Shown here in pieces: positions 49,329 to 58,217 of a DNA stretch of 64,000 nt (positions within the stretch are counted from its first letter, which is position 1; the number at the start of each line of letters is the position of its first letter). The stretch covers positions 13,054 to 77,053 of the forward strand of contig MHNE01000008.1 in NCBI GenBank assembly GCA_001819605.1, read 5' to 3'. A program made the position numbers and the translations under genes. The notes below the pieces were generated by a model, which was not told the DNA's origin, ran no database searches, and saw nothing but the letters and a program-made list of their open reading frames with translations. The stretch is from Candidatus Portnoybacteria bacterium RIFCSPLOWO2_01_FULL_43_11 (lineage in GTDB: Bacteria; Patescibacteriota; Minisyncoccia; Portnoybacterales; UBA2143).

Positions 49329-49805
49329 TTACAAAATCAATCCGCCCGCTTTTTTGATTTTTTCCGCGGCGCTTCTTGATAAATCTAAATTTTTAAATTT
49401 TAGATTTTTGAGTTTTAATTCCCCTTTGCCTAAAATTTTTATTTTCGGAGTTATTTTCTTTCTTATTTTACTGATTAAGCCCTTCTTAAGCAAGCTCTCA
49501 AACGAGACAATCTCATTGTCTTTGAATCTTTTACCAATATCTCTTAAATTGATAATAGCCGGTTTTTGACGCAGTCTGAATAACTTAACGCCCTTTTTTA
49601 TTTCTGTCTTTTTGCCCGCGCCGCGCTTCTTGGGAAAACTTTTTAAAGGTATGGTGCCGCCAGCCAGACTAATTCGCGGTTTTCTGCCGGCCCGGGATTT
49701 TTGCCCTTTTATGCCACGGCCGGAATAAGTTCCGCGTTTGCCGCCGCGGCCAACCCGCTTTCTTTTTTTATCATAATGTTTCGGTTTTAGTTCGTGTAGT
49801 TGCAT
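49329..49805 (-). CDS. rplO: 50S ribosomal protein L15
   Basis: KRVGRG.G...GRG.KGQKSR motif. Confidence 0.9.
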   Translation of the reverse strand: MQLHELKPKHYDKKRKRVGRGGKRGTYSGRGIKGQKSRAGRKPRISLAGGTIPLKSFPKKRGAGKKTEIKKGVKLFRLRQKPAIINLRDIGKRFKDNEIVSFESLLKKGLISKIRKKITPKIKILGKGELKLKNLKFKNLDLSRSAAEKIKKAGGLIL

Positions 49806-49836
49806 GAAAATAAAATAATCTAATTAGAATAATTTT

Positions 49837-50304
49837 TTAAGATTTATTTAAGATTTCGGATTTTAAGCTTTTTAGCGCTTCTATCGCTGCCTTAGCGTTA
49901 TTTAGTTTATTCTTGGTTTTTCCTAAAATTTTAGCGGAAATACTTTCAATACCGACTAAATCGCAAACTACCCGAACGGCTCCGCCAGCCACTAAACCGC
50001 GGCCCCGAGGAGCCGGTTTTAATAAAACTTTAGCGCTGCCGTATTTCGCCTCAACCGAATAAGGAATAGTTCCACTTAACAAATGAACTTTAATCAAGTG
50101 TTTTCTGGCTTTTGCCGTTGCTTTGCCTACGGCTGAAGTAACATCTTGTCCTTTGGCCGCGCCTACGCCGACTTTCCCGTTTTTATTGCCAATAACAACC
50201 ACGGCCCGAAACCTAAACCGCCGACCCCCGGCCACCACTCTGGTTACGCGAGCAACATCCAACAATTTAGATTCGTATTCGGTTTTCTCAATATTATTAC
50301 TCAC
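49837..50304 (-). CDS. rpsE: 30S ribosomal protein S5 (apparent GTG start)
   Basis: RVTRVV.GGRRFRFRA and IGVGAAKG motifs. Confidence 0.9.
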   Translation of the reverse strand: MSNNIEKTEYESKLLDVARVTRVVAGGRRFRFRAVVVIGNKNGKVGVGAAKGQDVTSAVGKATAKARKHLIKVHLLSGTIPYSVEAKYGSAKVLLKPAPRGRGLVAGGAVRVVCDLVGIESISAKILGKTKNKLNNAKAAIEALKSLKSEILNKS

Positions 50305-50390
50305 AAATATTTATCACGAATCTATTCACAAATATTCACTAATATTTTATTCGAGTTTATTAGTGAGAAAATTAGTGATTATATTCGCGA
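50305..50390 (-). promoter_or_regulatory. intra-operon spacer carrying the conserved 16-mer ATTCGTGATAAATATT (minus-strand sense) immediately 5' of the rpsE GTG start, plus CACAAATAT copies
   Basis: The same 16-mer precedes the rnhA GTG start (739-754); it is a TGnTAAAT-type extended -10 candidate. Confidence 0.45.
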
Positions 50391-50741
50391 TTAAAAATCT
50401 AGTCCTCCTTCCCTTGCTCCTTCAGCCGCTGCTTTAACTCTTCCGTGATACTTATAGCCGCCTCTGTCAAAAACAACTTCTTTAATGCCTTTCTCTAATG
50501 CTTTCTTGGCGATTAATTGCCCCGTTTCATAAGCTGTCTTGATTTTCCCCGTTTCGCTTTTCTTTTTTATCTCTAAATCGTTAACGCTTATTAAGGTGCG
50601 TCCTTTATCATCGTCTATTAACTGCCCGTAAATATGCCGGTTGCTGCGAAAAACAGAAAACCGTGGACGTTTGGCTGTCCCAAATGTCTTAGCCCGAATG
50701 CGCTTATGCCGTCTATGTCTTTTTTTCTGCTTATTTCGCAT
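50391..50741 (-). CDS. rplR: 50S ribosomal protein L18
   Basis: R.R.K..G...RPRLSVFRSN.HIY.Q.ID pattern. Confidence 0.9.
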   Translation of the reverse strand: MRNKQKKRHRRHKRIRAKTFGTAKRPRFSVFRSNRHIYGQLIDDDKGRTLISVNDLEIKKKSETGKIKTAYETGQLIAKKALEKGIKEVVFDRGGYKYHGRVKAAAEGAREGGLDF

Positions 50742-50753
50742 AAAGAATTAAAA

Positions 50754-51293
50754 TTAAGCCGCCGCCGCTTTCTTTCCCGCCTTTCTTCTGACTATCTCTC
50801 CCAAATAATGAATCCCTTTGCCTTTATAAGGCTCTGGTTTTCTTTTGGCCCGAATATCAGCGGCTATTTGTCCGACTAATTGCTTGTCTATGCCGGAAAC
50901 CGTAATCATATTTTTCTCCATTTTAAATTCAATGTCTTTGGGCGCCTCAACTTCCACCGGATGAGAATAACCTAAATTCAAAACCAACTTATTACCTTGA
51001 AGCGAAGCCCGATAACCAACCCCTTCAATTTCTAATTTCTTTTCAAATCCCTCGGTTACGCCTTTAATCATATTAAAAATCAGGACCCGGAAAAGCCCCC
51101 ACAAAGCGCGGATGCTTTTGGTTTCTTTAATTGGATTAATTCGCAATTCTTTGTCTTTTAATTCCACTTTAATCTCCGGCTTTATCTTTTGAGATAATTC
51201 GCCTTTCGGGCCTTTAACCATAATTAAATCTTCGCTGATTTTAACCTCAACATTTTCCGGAATTTTAATTGGTTGTTTACCGATTCTGCTCAT
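50754..51293 (-). CDS. rplF: 50S ribosomal protein L6
   Basis: MSRIGK.PI.IP..V.V tandem alpha/beta domains. Confidence 0.9.
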   Translation of the reverse strand: MSRIGKQPIKIPENVEVKISEDLIMVKGPKGELSQKIKPEIKVELKDKELRINPIKETKSIRALWGLFRVLIFNMIKGVTEGFEKKLEIEGVGYRASLQGNKLVLNLGYSHPVEVEAPKDIEFKMEKNMITVSGIDKQLVGQIAADIRAKRKPEPYKGKGIHYLGEIVRRKAGKKAAAA

Positions 51294-51336
51294 ACTGTTG
51301 TTAAAATTTGTGACTGCGAATTTTTGGACAAAATTT

Positions 51337-51726
51337 TTACCACACCTCGCAAATCACTTCGCCTCCTAATCCCCTTTTTCTCGCTTCTTTATCAGTTATT
51401 AGTCCTTCGGGAGTGGAAATAACAGCCAAACCGTATCCCTGCTTTATCGGCCGAATCATATTTTTATTTAAATAAATTCTCTGACCGGGTTTGCTGATTC
51501 TTTTTAATTTATTTATAACCGGTTTTTTATTTTTATATTTTAATTTTATCTCAATAATCTTTTTTATTTTTCTTCCCTGAATCAACACTCCCTCGACTAA
51601 ACCTTCTTTTTCTAAGATTTTAGCCAGATTCAATTTAAACTTGGAAAATGGAATACTTACCGTCTCGTGCGAGACGGCTTGAGCATTACGGATGCGAGTT
51701 AACATGTCGCTGATTGGATCGGTCAT
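51337..51726 (-). CDS. rpsH: 30S ribosomal protein S8
   Basis: DPI(S)DMLTRIRNA start and C-terminal GGE..C.VW. Confidence 0.9.
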   Translation of the reverse strand: MTDPISDMLTRIRNAQAVSHETVSIPFSKFKLNLAKILEKEGLVEGVLIQGRKIKKIIEIKLKYKNKKPVINKLKRISKPGQRIYLNKNMIRPIKQGYGLAVISTPEGLITDKEARKRGLGGEVICEVW

Positions 51727-51748
51727 AATTTTTTTGTTATTTTAAAAA

Positions 51749-51934
51749 TTACCAGCTGCTTTTTTTTATTCCCGGAATTTCTCCGCGGTTGGCTAATTCT
51801 CTAAAGCATATCCGGCATAAATCGAACTTTCTCATATAAGCCCTCTTTCGGCCGCAGCGAAAACAACGCCGAATAATTCGGGTGGAAAACTTGGGCTTTC
51901 TTTGCGCTTTAATGACTAATGCCTTTCTGGCCAT
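51749..51934 (-). CDS. rpsN: 30S ribosomal protein S14 type Z (zinc-binding)
   Basis: 61 aa with CxxC...CxxC (RCFRCGR...CRICFRE). Confidence 0.9.
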   Translation of the reverse strand: MARKALVIKAQRKPKFSTRIIRRCFRCGRKRAYMRKFDLCRICFRELANRGEIPGIKKSSW

Positions 51935-51940
51935 ACTAAT

Positions 51941-52477
51941 TTATTTTATAGGAAAACCCAATAGCCGCAACAGTTCAACTCCTTCTTCCCTTGTTTCGGC
52001 CGTGGTTTTCACGCAAATTTCCAAACCAAATATATTTCTCGCGCTTTCAGCGGAAATCTCCGGAAAAATAATTTGTTCTTTTATGCCGATAGTTAAATTG
52101 CCGTTCTTGTCAATTGATTTTCCTTTTAAACCGCGAAAATCTCTGCTCCGAGGCAGGGCTGTATTAATCAATCTCTCCAAAAAATCATACATTCTTTGGC
52201 CCCGAAGATTAACCGCCAAACCAACTATCATCCCTTTTCTTGTCTTAAAAGTCGCAATGGCTTTTTTAGCTGGTCGGGGAGTTGGTTTTTGTCCGGTAAT
52301 TAAAGCTAAATCTTTTGCTATTTCATCTTGTATCTTTTGGTCTTTTAAGGATTTACCAATACCGGTATTAACTACGACCTTTTCAATTTTAGGCGCGGCC
52401 AAATCATTCTTGTAGCCAAATTTTTCTCTCATTGCCGGAATAACTTGTTTTCTGTATTTATCTTGTAATTCTGACAT
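51941..52477 (-). CDS. rplE: 50S ribosomal protein L5
   Basis: Conserved L5 sequence; position in the operon. Confidence 0.9.
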   Translation of the reverse strand: MSELQDKYRKQVIPAMREKFGYKNDLAAPKIEKVVVNTGIGKSLKDQKIQDEIAKDLALITGQKPTPRPAKKAIATFKTRKGMIVGLAVNLRGQRMYDFLERLINTALPRSRDFRGLKGKSIDKNGNLTIGIKEQIIFPEISAESARNIFGLEICVKTTAETREEGVELLRLLGFPIK

Positions 52478-52496
52478 ATAATTTTATTAAAATCGT

Positions 52497-52802
52497 TTAA
52501 ATCTCCTGTCCGCATTTCCTGCACATCCTATATTTATTCCCTTCAATTAATTTATAACCAATCCGACCGGCTTGTTTACATTTAGGACAGACTAATTTAA
52601 CGTTAGAAACATCAATCGGCTTAGGAATTTCAACAACTTGTCCTTTTTCACCCTCTCTTTTTGGCCGACGGTGTTTTTTAATGACATTCACTCCTTCAAC
52701 TGTAATCTTTCCTTGTTTGGGAAAGACCTCTGAAACTTTTGCTTTCCTGCCGCGGTCCTTGCCGGTAATAACTAAAATTGTATCGTTTTTTTTGATTTTC
52801 AT
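52497..52802 (-). CDS. rplX: 50S ribosomal protein L24
   Basis: KOW domain KIKKNDTILVI.GKDRG; C-terminal CxxC...C..CG insertion. Confidence 0.85.
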   Translation of the reverse strand: MKIKKNDTILVITGKDRGRKAKVSEVFPKQGKITVEGVNVIKKHRRPKREGEKGQVVEIPKPIDVSNVKLVCPKCKQAGRIGYKLIEGNKYRMCRKCGQEI

Positions 52803-52806
52803 AAAT

Positions 52807-53172
52807 TTACAAAACCTCCGGCGCTAAAGAAGCTATCTTGTCAAAACCTTTTTCTTTTAATTCCCGCGGCACCGGACCAAAGATTCGACCGCCTTTGGGA
52901 TTTAGACCGTCTAAAATAATCGCGGCGTTGTCGTCAAAACGGATATACGACCCGTCAGACCGGCGAAAGGATTTTTTTTGCCGGGCAATAACCGCTTTTA
53001 CCACATCTCCTTTTTTAACGGCTTTGCGCGGCTCCGCTTCTTTTACTGAAGCGACAATAATATCTCCTATTCTCGCGTAACGGCGCCGCGTTCCGCCCAA
53101 AACCTTAAAACACCGAATTCTCTTGGCGCCGGTATTATCCGCCACTTTTAAATTTGTCCCTGCTTGTATCAT
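52807..53172 (-). CDS. rplN: 50S ribosomal protein L14
   Basis: MIQ..T.L.VADN.GA....CI.V.GG start. Confidence 0.9.
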   Translation of the reverse strand: MIQAGTNLKVADNTGAKRIRCFKVLGGTRRRYARIGDIIVASVKEAEPRKAVKKGDVVKAVIARQKKSFRRSDGSYIRFDDNAAIILDGLNPKGGRIFGPVPRELKEKGFDKIASLAPEVL

Positions 53173-53195
53173 AATCTTGAAACTTAAAACATATT

Positions 53196-53483
53196 TTAGG
53201 TTTTAGAAATCGCAATCCATCTTTTATCCCTACTCATCGGCCGGCATTCCTGAATAACTGCCTTATCCCCAATTTTATATTCATTTTTTTCGTCATGCGC
53301 TTTATATTTTTTTGTCACCTTATATCTTCTCTTGTATTTAGGGTGCTTCTTTAATCTGGTTACAACTACAACTATAGTCTTATTCATTTTATCTGAAAAT
53401 ACTATCCCTTTTAAAAGACGGGCTTTAGCTTTGGTTTGCGGCTGACGGTTATCCTTTTTATTGTCCATTAGATTTTTCTCCAT
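53196..53483 (-). CDS. rpsQ: 30S ribosomal protein S17
   Basis: OB-fold with [14 protein letters not shown] and K.HAHDE.N....GD.V.I.E.RP.SK.K.W. Confidence 0.85.
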   Translation of the reverse strand: MEKNLMDNKKDNRQPQTKAKARLLKGIVFSDKMNKTIVVVVTRLKKHPKYKRRYKVTKKYKAHDEKNEYKIGDKAVIQECRPMSRDKRWIAISKT

Positions 53484-53658
53484 TTTTTAATATAGTTAAA
53501 ATTCTCGCTATATCTTTACGGGTCTCTCTAATTTCTCTTACGTTTTTAATTTTCTTTGAGGCTAAATCAAATCCAAACTGACCAAGTCTTTGTTTTTTTT
53601 CGGTCAGCAAGCTCCTTATTTCCCTTCCGGATTTTTGGCGAATTTCTTTGATTTTCAT
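53458..53658 (-). CDS. rpmC: 50S ribosomal protein L29
   Basis: 66-aa helical protein; KIKEIR..S..EL...L pattern. Confidence 0.85.
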   Translation of the reverse strand: MKIKEIRQKSGREIRSLLTEKKQRLGQFGFDLASKKIKNVREIRETRKDIARILTILKNGEKSNGQ

Positions 53659-53746
53659 AAATCTCTAATTAATCTCTAATTTTATCTCTAATCATCACAA
53701 ATATCTATAATTATTAGAGAGAATTCGGGATAGAATTTAGGTTTGA
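53659..53746. repeat. rpmC-rplP spacer with three tandem ~11-nt repeats (ATCTCTAATTA-like) and a CACAAATAT motif copy
   Basis: aaatctctaattaatctctaattttatctctaatcatcacaaatatct read directly. Confidence 0.5.
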
Positions 53747-54151
53747 TTAGCGAGTAATAAATTTCGTCTTGACTGGCAATTTATGTTCGGCTCTTCTCAT
53801 GGCTTCTCTGGCTATTTCTTCTGACACTCCATCCATTTCAAAAAGAATCCGACCCGGCTTAACCGGAAAAACATAATGGTCAACACTGCCTTTTCCGCCG
53901 CCCATCGGCACTTCTGTCCCTTTCTTTGTAATCGGCTTATCAGGAAAAACCCTAATCCAGATTTTTCCTCCTCTTTGAACATATCTTGTCATAGCCCGCC
54001 TGGCCGCTTCAATTTGCCTAGCCGTCAACCATTTAGTCTCTAAGGACTTAAGCCCAAAAGCGCCAAAAGTCAGCTCCGCGCCCCGGGTTTCTTTTCCTCT
54101 TGACCTGCCTTTTTGCCATTTTCTATGTTTAACTTTTTTAGGTGATAACAT
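53747..54151 (-). CDS. rplP: 50S ribosomal protein L16
   Basis: [16 protein letters not shown] start; the ORF is trimmed to the conserved M. Confidence 0.9.
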   Translation of the reverse strand: MLSPKKVKHRKWQKGRSRGKETRGAELTFGAFGLKSLETKWLTARQIEAARRAMTRYVQRGGKIWIRVFPDKPITKKGTEVPMGGGKGSVDHYVFPVKPGRILFEMDGVSEEIAREAMRRAEHKLPVKTKFITR

Positions 54152-54152
54152 A

Positions 54153-54803
54153 CTACAGCACCTCCCCTTTATATATCCAGACCTTAACTCCCACCGTCCC
54201 GTAAGTAGTGTAAGCGGTAGCTTGAGCGTAGTCAATATTGGAACGCAAGGTCTGAAGGGGAATTTTCCCAGTTTTTGACGATTCTCTTCTGGCTATGTCT
54301 GCTCCGTTCAATCGTCCTTTGATAGTTATCTTAGCCCCCTCTACCTCTTTATTTTGTTTAATTCTATCTAAGGTTCGCTTCATCACTTGGCGATAAGGCA
54401 ATCGTCTTTCTATCTGGTCGGCTATTCCTTGGGACACTACCGCGGCCTGACTCTCCGGCTGTCTGATTTCCTCTACTTCTAACTGTAATTCCGTTTTAGA
54501 TAATTGAGGGTCTTGTTTTTGGATAATTTTCTTTATTTCTTTCTTAAGGTCTTCTATGCCGCTGCCGCCCCGGCCAATCACCAAACCCGGCCTCGCCGTA
54601 TGAATGATGATTCTTAAAGAATTTGCCAAACGCTCTATTTCCACCTGACTTACTCCTGCTTTACCCAACTTTTTCATAATAAAACTCCGCAGTTCAATAT
54701 CCTGCCTTAAGAATTTTTTATATTTTTTTCTGTCAAACCAGCGGGACTGCCAATTTTTTGTGATACCCAAACGGAAAGCTAATGGATGAACTTTTTGTCC
54801 CAT
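54153..54803 (-). CDS. rpsC: 30S ribosomal protein S3
   Basis: MGQKVHP..FRLG..K.W KH domain; 216 aa. Confidence 0.9.
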   Translation of the reverse strand: MGQKVHPLAFRLGITKNWQSRWFDRKKYKKFLRQDIELRSFIMKKLGKAGVSQVEIERLANSLRIIIHTARPGLVIGRGGSGIEDLKKEIKKIIQKQDPQLSKTELQLEVEEIRQPESQAAVVSQGIADQIERRLPYRQVMKRTLDRIKQNKEVEGAKITIKGRLNGADIARRESSKTGKIPLQTLRSNIDYAQATAYTTYGTVGVKVWIYKGEVL

Positions 54804-54804
54804 A

Positions 54805-55338
54805 TTATATGCTCTTTCTCCTAAATATTTTTCTCGCTATGTCTTTAAATCCCTTCTTTCTGGGAATAACCTTCTCCGCTTTTTTGACTTTTAACCGCTT
54901 CTTTTTAAGGGGTTTAACCGCTGATTTTTCTTTTTTTTCTTCTTCCGTCTCAATCTTTTCTTCTTTTTTTTCGGCCTTCTTTAACGGCTTTTCTCTTTTA
55001 ACCATTCCAGCCCTTTCGCTTAAAACAATTGTGATATGGCTGGTTCTTTTTAAGATTGGCGTAGCCCGGCCCATGGCTCGCGGCAAAGAACGTTTTAAAC
55101 TCGGCCCGGGATCAACCATGATTTTAGAGATGTAAAGATTTTCTCTGGATAAATTGAAATTATGCTCGGCGTTTGCTATGGCTGAATTCAAAAGTTTTAA
55201 AATCGGGCCAGCCGCTCTTTTGGACAGAAACTTAAGCTGGACTTTTGCTTCTTCGGTCTCCATGCCCCTGATAAGATTAGCTACCAGTCTGACTTTTCTG
55301 GGAGATATTCTTAAGTGTCTTAATTTGGCTGTAATCAT
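54805..55338 (-). CDS. rplV: 50S ribosomal protein L22 with a ~65-aa K/E-rich C-terminal extension
   Basis: N-terminal L22 core ([21 protein letters not shown]); low-complexity lysine-rich tail. Confidence 0.85.
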   Translation of the reverse strand: MITAKLRHLRISPRKVRLVANLIRGMETEEAKVQLKFLSKRAAGPILKLLNSAIANAEHNFNLSRENLYISKIMVDPGPSLKRSLPRAMGRATPILKRTSHITIVLSERAGMVKREKPLKKAEKKEEKIETEEEKKEKSAVKPLKKKRLKVKKAEKVIPRKKGFKDIARKIFRRKSI

Positions 55339-55640
55339 TTTGCCGCTTCTTTTTCCCGCGCCGCCGTTTCCTGTTCTCTCTGCATTTTACCGCCGTGCCT
55401 GGTAAATTTGCGGGTTGGAGAAAATTCGCCTAATTTATGACCAACCATTTCTTCGGTAACATAAACCGAGATATGTTCTCGACCATTATGGACTCCAAAA
55501 GTAAATCCAACCATTTCCGGCGTAATCGTCGAAGCTCGGGCCCATGTCTTGATAACGGTTTTATCGCCCGACCTTAATTTAGCCACCTTCTTTAATAGCT
55601 TGACATCTACATATGGACCCTTTTTAAGACTTCTGCTCAT
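55335..55640 (-). CDS. rpsS: 30S ribosomal protein S19
   Basis: MSRSLKKGP(Y)VD..L..K and GHK.GEF..TR.F..H motifs. Confidence 0.9.
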   Translation of the reverse strand: MSRSLKKGPYVDVKLLKKVAKLRSGDKTVIKTWARASTITPEMVGFTFGVHNGREHISVYVTEEMVGHKLGEFSPTRKFTRHGGKMQREQETAAREKEAAK

Positions 55641-55642
55641 GT

Positions 55643-56470
55643 TTATTTCCTTCTTTTTAATATCATCTTATTGCTCCATTTTTTCTTTTTTCTTGTCTTT
55701 ACTCCGTAAGCCAGTTTACCCCAGGGCGTTTTCGGACCTCTTCTCAAGCCAATGCCTGTCCGACCTTCGCCTCCGCCATGCGGATGATCAACCGGATTCA
55801 TGGCCGAACCGCGAACCGTGGGTCTTCTGCCCATCCAACGGGAACGGCCAGCCTTGCCAATCACCACCGTATTATGCTCCGGGTTGCTCAACTGACCAAT
55901 ACTCGCGAAACAATTCTCTTTAACCATTCTAACTTCGCCTGAAGGAAGTTTCAAATGGGTATAGCCGCCTTCATTGGCTAAAACTTGGGCGCTTGAGCCG
56001 GCTGACCTGACAATCTGGCCGCCCCGGCCCGGTAAAAGTTCTATATTATGAACTTGGGTGCCTGTCGGAATGTTTTTCAGCAACAGACGATTACCTGTTT
56101 TTAAAGCCGCTTTCTCCCGACAAATTATCTCTTGGCCAACTTCCAAATTATGAGGAGCTAAAATATATCTTTTTTCTTTGTCCGGATATTCAATCAGAAC
56201 GATAAAACAGCTCCGATTGGGGTCGTATTCCAAGGCAATAACTTTAGCGGGAATATCCATCTTATCAGTTTGTTTAAAATCAATCAACCGATATTTTCTT
56301 TTATGGCCGCCGCCTTTATGCCGCACCGTGATTCGTCCTTTGTGGCCGCGGCCGGCTTTCCTGATTAATTTTCTGGTCAGTTTTTTTTCCGGTTTTTTCT
56401 TGGTGAGTCCCGAATAATCAATGCCGGTCATCTGCCTTCTCGATGGTGTGGTTGGTTTGTAGTGTTTCAT
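55643..56470 (-). CDS. rplB: 50S ribosomal protein L2
   Basis: GRN..G.IT.RH.GGGHKR.YR and [13 protein letters not shown] motifs. Confidence 0.95.
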   Translation of the reverse strand: MKHYKPTTPSRRQMTGIDYSGLTKKKPEKKLTRKLIRKAGRGHKGRITVRHKGGGHKRKYRLIDFKQTDKMDIPAKVIALEYDPNRSCFIVLIEYPDKEKRYILAPHNLEVGQEIICREKAALKTGNRLLLKNIPTGTQVHNIELLPGRGGQIVRSAGSSAQVLANEGGYTHLKLPSGEVRMVKENCFASIGQLSNPEHNTVVIGKAGRSRWMGRRPTVRGSAMNPVDHPHGGGEGRTGIGLRRGPKTPWGKLAYGVKTRKKKKWSNKMILKRRK

Positions 56471-56473
56471 ATA

Positions 56474-56920
56474 TTATCTTGGCATTATTTCAATCTTTTC
56501 CCCTTTTGCCAAAGTCACAATAGCTTTTTTAAAACCCTTTTTTGATCCCCCTTTCCATCCTTCTGTCCGGCCCAATCTCCGCCTTTTCGGCACAATACGG
56601 ACTATATTTACTTTCTCTACCTTGACTCCGTAAAGACTCTCAACGGCTTTTTGAACTTCGGTTTTATTGGCTCTTGGATAAACTTTAAAAATATATTTGT
56701 TGTTTTCCGCCAAAGCCGCGGCTTTTTCGGTAATGTGGGGCGCTTTAAGAATGCGATAAACATCAGTCTTTGGTTTCCCGATAATTTTTTTTGACTCTAT
56801 TGATTTAGGCTTCTCGTTTGATTTTTCCTCCACTCTTTGAGCTCCTGATTTCTTTGGGTTTTTTTTAAGTTTGCTTAATAAAGACATATTTAGAAATTTA
56901 TTTAAGATATGTTTTCTCAA
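56474..56920 (-). CDS. rplW: 50S ribosomal protein L23 with an N-terminal K-rich extension
   Basis: L23 core (I..P.ITEK....E.N.Y.F.V...A.K.E.K.A.E..Y.VKV..VN). Confidence 0.8.
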   Translation of the reverse strand: MRKHILNKFLNMSLLSKLKKNPKKSGAQRVEEKSNEKPKSIESKKIIGKPKTDVYRILKAPHITEKAAALAENNKYIFKVYPRANKTEVQKAVESLYGVKVEKVNIVRIVPKRRRLGRTEGWKGGSKKGFKKAIVTLAKGEKIEIMPR

Positions 56921-57575
56921 TCACTCCCACCGCCTCCTGCGGCATCAAAAGATATTTAAACGATAAAATATCTACCACATTCAAACTATCAGCTCTGATT
57001 ATTTTTATTTTAGGAATATTTCTCGCGGCTCGAATAATTTTTACATTAGAGGCCGGTAAAACAATTAAAACGCCTGGAGTCCTGCCTTTAGGCAGAGACT
57101 CTTTGTCTTTATTTCTGACTGAAGCTAAGACTCTAAATATATTTCTAAGGATTTCAAACATCTTTTTTGTTTTAGCTTCAACTAATTCCAATTTATCCAA
57201 TAAAACAAACTCTTGATCTCTAACTTTTGACGACAAAGCCATGAAAAGGGCTTTTCTTTTCATTTTTTTATTGATTTTTTTAGAAAATACCCGCTCTTTG
57301 GTCGGCCCAAAAGTTACGCCTCCGCCTTTCCAAATTGGCGAGCGGATTGAACCGTGTCTGGCCCGACCCGTGCCTTTTTGCCGCCACGGCTTTTTCCCGC
57401 CGCCCCTGACTTCGCTTCTGTCTTTAGTATGAGCCAAAACCTGCCTTTTATTTGCCATTTGCGTCACGACGGCCTGATGCACTAAATCATTATTCATTTT
57501 CACGTCAAAAATTTCAGAGGGGAGCTCTGCTTTTCCGATTTCTTTGCCTTGCTGATTGTAAATATTGACAAGCAT
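56898..57575 (-). CDS. rplD: 50S ribosomal protein L4
   Basis: 225 aa; KPWRQKGTGRAR and FGP.PR motifs. Confidence 0.9.
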   Translation of the reverse strand: MLVNIYNQQGKEIGKAELPSEIFDVKMNNDLVHQAVVTQMANKRQVLAHTKDRSEVRGGGKKPWRQKGTGRARHGSIRSPIWKGGGVTFGPTKERVFSKKINKKMKRKALFMALSSKVRDQEFVLLDKLELVEAKTKKMFEILRNIFRVLASVRNKDKESLPKGRTPGVLIVLPASNVKIIRAARNIPKIKIIRADSLNVVDILSFKYLLMPQEAVGVIEKTYLK

Positions 57576-57592
57576 TTTATTGTTGATATAAT
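57565..57592 (+). promoter_or_regulatory. consensus sigma70-type promoter (TTGACA-N16-TATAAT) on the plus strand, inside the 5' end of rplD (coded on the other strand)
   Basis: ttgaca at 57565-57570 and tataat at 57587-57592, read directly. Confidence 0.6.
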
Positions 57593-57641
57593 TTATTTGC
57601 TGTAGTTTAAGTAACTTAATAATTTAAAGGAGGTGTCACTA

Positions 57642-57842
57642 ATGGATTTTGGATCTTCTCTGCTAGACCTATTAAGTGTCTATATCGTAATAGGGGTTCT
57701 CTTTTTAGTTATTGGTTTGCTAATACCTCGAACCCCCCTCTATTCTGACGGAAAACAATTTTGTATGATAATGGGAGGAGTGGTACCGCTTGCTGGAACA
57801 ATCTTTGTGTTATTTATTTTTTTCTTACAATTCTTACAATAG
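57642..57842 (+). CDS. small hydrophobic two-TM protein (about 67 aa) with a strong SD (AAGGAGG)
   Basis: AAGGAGGTG lies 8 nt upstream of the ATG; two predicted TM helices (VYIVIGVLFLVIGLLI; VVPLAGTIFVLFIFFL). Confidence 0.5.
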   Translation: MDFGSSLLDLLSVYIVIGVLFLVIGLLIPRTPLYSDGKQFCMIMGGVVPLAGTIFVLFIFFLQFLQ

Positions 57843-57864
57843 CTTTTAAAGAAAGGAGAAATAA

Positions 57865-58137
57865 ATGAAACAGAAAAACGGAGAAAAAATGTGCCTTACT
57901 TGGTGGAAAAGTGATAAACACTATTCTCTCGATTCATACGACTACGGTGAAGACGATGTCAGAGAAATTATTGGAGAAGTAACCTTAACTAGCGACGCAA
58001 ACAATCTTATCACAGCGTTAATTCTATTAACAGGTATTACAGACGCAGATTGCCAAGAACTTACAGACCCTATCAACGAAATCATTACCAAATACATCAA
58101 GCTAGTCTTAGAAAAACAACATCAGCCTGCTTTTTAA
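57865..58137 (+). CDS. small acidic cytoplasmic protein (90 aa) with a strong SD
   Basis: AAAGGAGAAATAA upstream of the ATG; D/E-rich; lies in the same unit as 57642-57842. Confidence 0.5.
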   Translation: MKQKNGEKMCLTWWKSDKHYSLDSYDYGEDDVREIIGEVTLTSDANNLITALILLTGITDADCQELTDPINEIITKYIKLVLEKQHQPAF

Positions 58138-58159
58138 AATCTATTTCGTCACCATCTCG

Positions 58160-58197
58160 GCACCGGCTCAACGCAGTCGGTGCTTCTCTTTTTTTAT
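58160..58197 (+). terminator. rho-independent terminator (GCACCG-gctcaacgcagt-CGGTGC + TTCTCTTTTTTT)
   Basis: 6-bp GC stem followed by a T-run directly after the 90-aa ORF. Confidence 0.6.
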
Positions 58198-58217
58198 TCT
58201 AAATTTTTAAAGAGTTT

